This document shows, one piece after another, positions 58,188-64,000 of a stretch of 64,000 nucleotides of DNA. A program made the translations under genes and the position numbers. The notes beneath the pieces are model-generated. The model worked only from the letters and a program-made list of their open reading frames with translations. It was not told where the DNA came from and did not search any database. Numbering within the stretch: the stretch's first letter is position 1; each line of letters begins with the position of its first letter. Source of the stretch: Heteronotia binoei (Eukaryota); assembly GCF_032191835.1 (NCBI RefSeq), contig NC_083223.1, forward strand, positions 52,142,001-52,206,000, written 5' to 3'.

Positions 58188-58904
58188 TGTGGCAGCAGGC
58201 ATAGGATCAATAGAAACATGCTTAGAAATTATGTAATCAGCTAAGAAACTATAATCAATATTAAGAATAGGATCAATAGGGCAGAGGTGAAAAGCTTTAA
58301 TGTCATGCAAAAGGGCATCTGTGCTTCTATGTATTACGAAAGGCCTCCACGTAGTCTATAGTTACTAAAAAGGAGAACTAAGAGCAGCTCGCTACGGATG
58401 GCTTGCAACCGCAAACAGTACTGTAACCGAAGCTTATAACCACGGTGGTTAGTGCATAGGAAGCAAGCTTACAAAGGCCCCTTGAATCACCGGTGTAGCA
58501 AAGTACACAAGAAGCAATATTGCATCAATATTCCGTGTTGGGTGGGAAAGTCCCAAACGGTCCAGTGTTATTAGAGATGCTTGCATTCTGTAACCTAGGC
58601 CTCGCGATCATAAATCATCACCAGTGCAGGAGGACATGGGGCCAACAGCGTATGTTTCGTAAGCCAGCACTGTATGTTTTGTAATCATGTGACATTTGAT
58701 GGAATATAACTTTGAACGATATAAAAGCTCGTGATTTTTCTGTAATCCGGGTTCAGACTCTCACCTTTGTGGCAGAAGCCATGGGAGTCTGTTCCCGTAC
58801 GTACGTATATTAATAAACTGAAAGCTGTTTTCCTGAATACGCCTCAGGCCTCCTCTGTCATTGAACCAGCTTTAACGAATTGAGGCAGGGGTCTTCCTGC
58901 TACA
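58188..58904 (+). mobile_element. Solo LTR, 717 bp
   Basis: TGTGGCAG...CTGCTACA termini, 4-bp TSD ATAG (58184-58187 and 58905-58908), TATAAAA 58720-58726, AATAAA 58812-58817; empty site in copy A at about 33646. Confidence 0.9.
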
Positions 58905-61234
58905 ATAGCACCTGGAGTCCTGTGCATGTATGATGGTTTGGAACGTCCTGCTGTAGCAACGGATCACCAGATCTTTCCACCCCAGACCTCTGACGGAATT
59001 CGAGAGCTACGAGTTAAAAGAGAGAAATAAATTGGCGGGAAGGGATTTTTGCTCTCTTCCAAAAACTCCCCCACCTCCACCTTGCTCTTTGTAAATGAGC
59101 CAGAACCAACAAAATCAAAAGGGGGAAATTCTAGAAAAGACAGAGTACTTCATGCTTGTTCCTGGAAAGGCCCTCTAGCGCTTTCTCTTTAGCTGTCCCC
59201 CTTTCTTTTGCTTCTTCTGTGGTTCTTCCCAGTGGTCTTAAAAGCACAGAGAGGAGGAGCATCTTCATCGCTTTTTTGCTTCTTTAAGAGGGCAGTAGTA
59301 TTTGTTGCACTCTTCGGACCTACGAAGACGGTAAGTACGAGGAGGGAGACAAAAGGCAGAGCCAGAACTGAGGTCTGGATACAAGAAAAATACATTTGAG
59401 TTATAACTGTGTCTCTCTTGCAATGTATGAGGTCAGGTATTTATTTCACAATTGGAAAGGTGCTGCAGTCGCAGAGCTACTTCGGTGAACATCTGTGGCT
59501 TCTTCCTTCCATTCTCCTGATCACGTTAACTAACCTGATTCCTTTTCTCGAGCCTTTTTTTTTTTCCTTTTTGAGGGGGAAAAGCAAGATTTTGGTTTAA
59601 TGATAAAATCCGAGGTTGTTCTTTTCCAGAAAAATCTAACTTCAGTTTCGCTTTCGTCTTGGCTCGATGTTTTGTGTCTGTTTGGTTGGTCTTAATAAAA
59701 AGCACGCCACATATATTTCTTTTTGAAGTTTACATGATGTGAATATACAAAACAGCCGTTTCCCTTGTCTTTTCACCGCTGGCTCCGTTTTATACGTCCA
59801 TTCACATCCATATTAATCCGTCGAAGATTGTTTTTGAGTAGGGGGAGGAGGCGATATCTGAAAGGCACGAGTGACGTTTACTTTTTTGACCAAGTCATTA
59901 GGCTTGCATTCCAGCAGCTTGGTTGAGAGTCGGGATGAAAAGTCTCTAGAAGAGCGCAGACCTTCTTTCTTTTGGAAAGTGAGGTGCTCTTGAGTTCGGT
60001 GAACCTTTCCACGGAGTAAGCGCGCGTGGCTGGCTATGGTGCAGTTGTATGGAGAGCTCCCTGCGTGCTTTCCTGCAGAAGTGGGGTCCACGGAGTTCAG
60101 GGATTTGTTCTCAGGTGCACCGATTTGCAGCCCGAGAGAAATGGGGGTGGTGGTGGCTTTTCTTTGTAAATGATCAGATTGGTAAATTCGCCTGGTGTAA
60201 AGAATGTACGAAGTACTTACTGGCTTGGAATATGCATAGTACTTTCTTTAGAATGAGGATTCGTTGTTGTCAAGAAAGAACCGGGAACGCCAGGCTCATT
60301 TTCCCTGCTAGGATGGAGGGCTATTAATACACTTGGGCACCAGTTGCTTTGGCCTCTGCTAATAGTTTTCCCGCCAGTAGAGTTGGCGCTTGTAAGCCGC
60401 CCTGAGCCCGCTTTGGTGGGGTAGGGCGGGATATAAATCGAACAAATAAATAAGCTGTGATCGCACACACAAAATAATGCACTTTCAATGCACTTCCCAA
60501 CTGAGTTTTGCCAGTTCAGACAGTAAAATCCAGTTGGAAAGTGCGCTAAAAGTGAATTGAAAGTGCATTATTTTGTATGTGTGATCACAACCGTAGTTCC
60601 ACTTCCTGTTCCTTGATACTGCCGTGTGCGAGGCAGTATAATAGTTCAGAAAAAAACGCTGCTCTACTTCTAGAAATAGAACAACCAAACCATATAAAAC
60701 ATACAGATAGGAATCTTCATCATGCCACTGTGGCCACAAGGAAAAAGTAATTTAAAAAGGATGATGGGAATAAGGTTTTATTATGACAATTATAATTCAA
60801 GAAGCATTTTAAGGTGGATGGTGAGCTTGATATAATTTAGCACACCTTCACCTCTTTTTCTACGAAATTACCCCTGCTCAGAAGTAATCTTAATCTTGAA
60901 GTATCAGGAATGGCTGAGTACTTCTGTAGCCATTTTCTACAAAATCTCTCTGGCTTTGCATACTTTGGACAGTTTTGTGGGGGAAAACATTAGAAAGTTT
61001 GTCAAATCTTTGAGTTCAGCAAAATTCTCACAGGGGGTTTGAACTATGGAGCCCAGAAGCAAAGTTTTTGGGGGGGGGGGTAAGAAAGAAAGAGCACAAT
61101 AACATAGAGGTTCCGGAGCTCCACTCCTGTGACCTGCCCAAAATGAGGCCTGCTTCTGAGTAGTTGTTGCCAAAAGCTGTGCTGTAGATGTGGCAAACAT
61201 GTTTTACTGTGATTTTATTTTTGTTTTATAGCGT

Positions 61235-61258
61235 ATGGCCTATGGGCTGTTAAACTGA
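61235..61258 (+). promoter_or_regulatory. 7-codon uORF of RNASEH1 copy B
   Basis: ATG GCC TAT GGG CTG TTA AAC TGA after acceptor tttatag at 61230-61231. Confidence 0.55.
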
Positions 61259-61335
61259 ATGGGCTGAGGCTTCAGGGAAGGTGTGGATTGTGCTTTGCCT
61301 GCTTGATTCACCCTTGTTTTCTCTACAGCAGGAAC

Positions 61336-62996
61336 ATGCCTTATGGTGTGCGCAACGGCAGGAAGACAGGAGTGTATTCATCCTGGTAAGCAGCCGAAGG
61401 TGGATGGTCTGGTACTCTGCCCCCTCCCCTCTTAATTCTGCCCTGCGGGTTGCATCAAAGGTGTTCCCTATACTTAAAACTGTTATCCATTGATTTGGTG
61501 AGCTCAGTGAAGTTTATTTCTGAGGAAATGTCCCTTCTTGTGGTTAGATTTTACACCTTTCTTCATCAGAAGTCATCAAACAATTTGGGTTCCTCGTTTC
61601 TTGAGAACATCAGTGCCCTGGTGTTCAGATGACAAAGATCCTGAGCTGTCACATGTCAGCCGGGATGTTGTCTTAACTTTTCATGCTAAGTGTTGTCACT
61701 GAGAGTATTGTTCATTGTGCTCAGTTGAAAAACAATATACAATGGGGAAAAACAGGTTAGAAATGAAGTTTGAAACAAGTGTGGTCCCCCCTCCCCCCAC
61801 AATGAGCTCTTATTTGTGCTCATTTCTTTGGGTATTTACTTCCCTGTTTTGTCCTCTTTTCCAATTTATCTTCAGAACAATCTTGTGAGGTAGGTTATGC
61901 TGAAAGAATGCAACCGCCCTAAGATGATACATCAGGCTTCCATGGCAAAGTGGGGATTCAGACGTGGCCCCCAAATATCACTGTGCACTGATTCTTTTTG
62001 GGGGTTAACATTGGAAGTAAGGGCCAAGCTAGATGTTACAGCAACCAGAGGTTTCACCTGTGTCTGCTGCCATTTTAGGAATGAATTTGACCATTTAAAA
62101 AATGCAGTCCTCATGGCATGTTTTTGAATGGTTGTATTCTTTAAAATATAGCAGAGGTGGCCAACGGTAGCTCTCCAGATCCTTTTTTTTTTTTTTTGCC
62201 TACAACTTCCATCAGCCACAGCCAGCATGGCCAATGGGGCTGAAGGGCGTTGTAGGCGAAAAAACATCTGGAGAGCTGTCGTTGGCCACCCCTGACATAT
62301 CGTTTTGCTCTAAGAGGGAAGAAGTGCTTTGGAAACCTTTTATAGTTCATGCTGATTATTAAATGGTTAAATAATTAGTGGGGATGAATTGAAATTACTG
62401 GCTTTTGAGTAGGGGCTTGAATGTGTCTTGATGGCTTGAAGCTGGTTACCTGGATTCTGAATCTAGCTGCAGTTTCCTCTCCTTCCATTAGTCAGGACTG
62501 GGATGCTGGCTCAGGCATTCTTCTGTTTTATTTAGTTTGTCTGTGCTCTAGCTTATATTGCTTGTTAGTACATGTTCTTCTACAAATTATAGGTTGATCT
62601 CCCCAGACTTCCTATAGTACAAAACAAAGTATAGAAACTGCCAAAGCGTACAAATGGATTTCTTACAGTCTCTCCCCCCTCCCACCCCTGCTTTTGAATC
62701 ACAACCAAAATTAACTAGGGTGATAAATACAAATAACTGTAAATATGGGAAGGGATTCTCAGGGGAATTGAATCCTGGAGGGGTGGTGGGGCAGGGTGCT
62801 TAGCTGCTCCCCGTCCTTCTAAAAGCCTTTATCGCACAGCTTGTTTTGCCATTTACCCCGTAATCTCTTTATAGGGATGACTGTAGAGAGCAAGTGGATG
62901 GATACCGAAATGCTAGTTTCAGAAAATTTGACACAGATGAAGCTGCTAGGGACTTCGCAAGTGGCGGGTCATCACAATATGCATCACAATCCACAA
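61336..62996 (+). CDS. RNASEH1: RNASEH1 paralog copy B, partial: join(61336-61385,62875-62996); the catalytic exons would lie beyond the window end
   Basis: MPYGVRNGRKTGVYSSW / DDCREQVDGYRNASFRKFDTDEAARDFASGGSSQYASQST. The frame is open with intact AG/GT sites, and the flanking introns align with copy A. Functional versus pseudogene status cannot be resolved here. Confidence 0.8.
62152..62294. mobile_element. Palindromic MITE (same family as 702-840)
   Basis: cagaggtggccaacggtagctctccagat...gttggccacccctg. Confidence 0.8.
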
Positions 62997-64000
62997 GTAA
63001 GTCTTGCAGAAAGAACTGGTGCTTGGCAGATACATGGAAGTGGGCATGATGTATTCCACTGTAAATATGTCTTAGTAGGAGACCATGACAGCTAGCAGGA
63101 AAGAAAGGAAAGAAATATGCCTGGTTGATGCCAGGCAGGTTTTCTTAAGCAGAGGAGCAAACTCAGGTAGTATTTGGAGCATGGAGATGGTCCTTGAGAT
63201 AAATACATACCACTAAACTGAGAATAGGGAAGTTCTACTGAAATTCACCACTCATAGTCTGAGAAGCTTGAAAATCAGAGCTGCATTTATATGTACACTT
63301 CAGTGAAAATTAATCCCACTGAAGTCATTCAGAGGAACAGGTGAAGTCTGACAAGTCACAGTCTTAGTGCTTCAGATTTGGGTCTTTCACTTCTGATGAC
63401 GATCTCACTTTGCATGGAAGGTTCTGTTCATACTGAAAACCTCTGTTGCATAATATAGTATCTTCCCTTTATACTGGGCATCTTGGTGGGAGATACAAGG
63501 AATACAGATGTTTGACTACCTTGTGATCCAGTGGTTTTTACTGAAGGTGCTCCTCATACTTGTCTTTCTAGTATTGTAAGAGATGCTTTGACCTGTGCAT
63601 GCTGCAGCCCTCCTGCTTTAGAGTCAAGCCAGTTTAGTCTGGTCTGTCAGAAAGATGTGCTCTGAAATTCACTGTCGCAATTATCTCTAAACAAAATTTG
63701 AGTCCAGTGGCACCTTTAAGACCAAGAAAGTTTTATAAGCTTTCAATCATCACTACCTGGGTGCATTTACACACCAGTCTCCAATTTTGATATATTTATT
63801 TGCTTCATTATGTTTCCTCAAGAATTACATCCAACAAATGCTGACCATATAAACTAAGCTTTTTATTCTTTGCATCTTTTAAACATCTTCATTATGTTAT
63901 ATGCTGATTGCTGCTCACCTACTACCTATACATATGGAATGGTAACTTCCATTTCAGTGTATCTGAAGAAGTCTTAAGTGCACACAAAAGCTTATATCTT

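Larger units (their letters stand above)
52375..63870 (+). repeat. Tandem segmental duplication (copy B) of about 22656-41390 (copy A)
   Basis: Collinear unique-sequence blocks: 22656/52375, 23830/55020, 28556/55105, 31997/56118, 33380/57720, 34120/59190, 36460/61170, 39140/62875, 40620/63125, each interrupted by copy-specific TE insertions. Confidence 0.93.

Overview
This is vertebrate genomic DNA, and the repeat content (Squam3-type, Sauria-type and 5S-derived SINEs, CR1, L2, Penelope-like ends, hAT MITEs) points to a squamate, probably a gecko. Most ORF-track entries are chance or repeat-derived; the real genes are spliced. (1) RPS7 is complete on the minus strand: a TOP-type non-coding exon 1 plus 6 coding exons, 194 aa, with an intact-looking U17/SNORA73 snoRNA in intron 3. 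(2) Divergently oriented is a complete RNASEH1 (copy A, CDS 36605-47781). It has a uORF, a mitochondrial-leader Met1, a nuclear Met23, a hybrid-binding domain and all catalytic residues, but I found no connection-domain exon. (3) An old tandem duplication (about 22.6-41.4 kb repeated at about 52.4-63.9 kb) created a second RNASEH1 (copy B), which runs off the window end. Its first two coding exons are open with intact splice sites, but it has lost the mitochondrial start codon and leader frame, has a rapidly diverged hybrid-binding domain, and has gained a sense-oriented solo LTR just upstream of its putative first exon. The most interesting signal is this RNase H1 paralog pair and the possible partition of mitochondrial versus nuclear function. 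Reference protein and RNA comparisons are from memory and need database confirmation.
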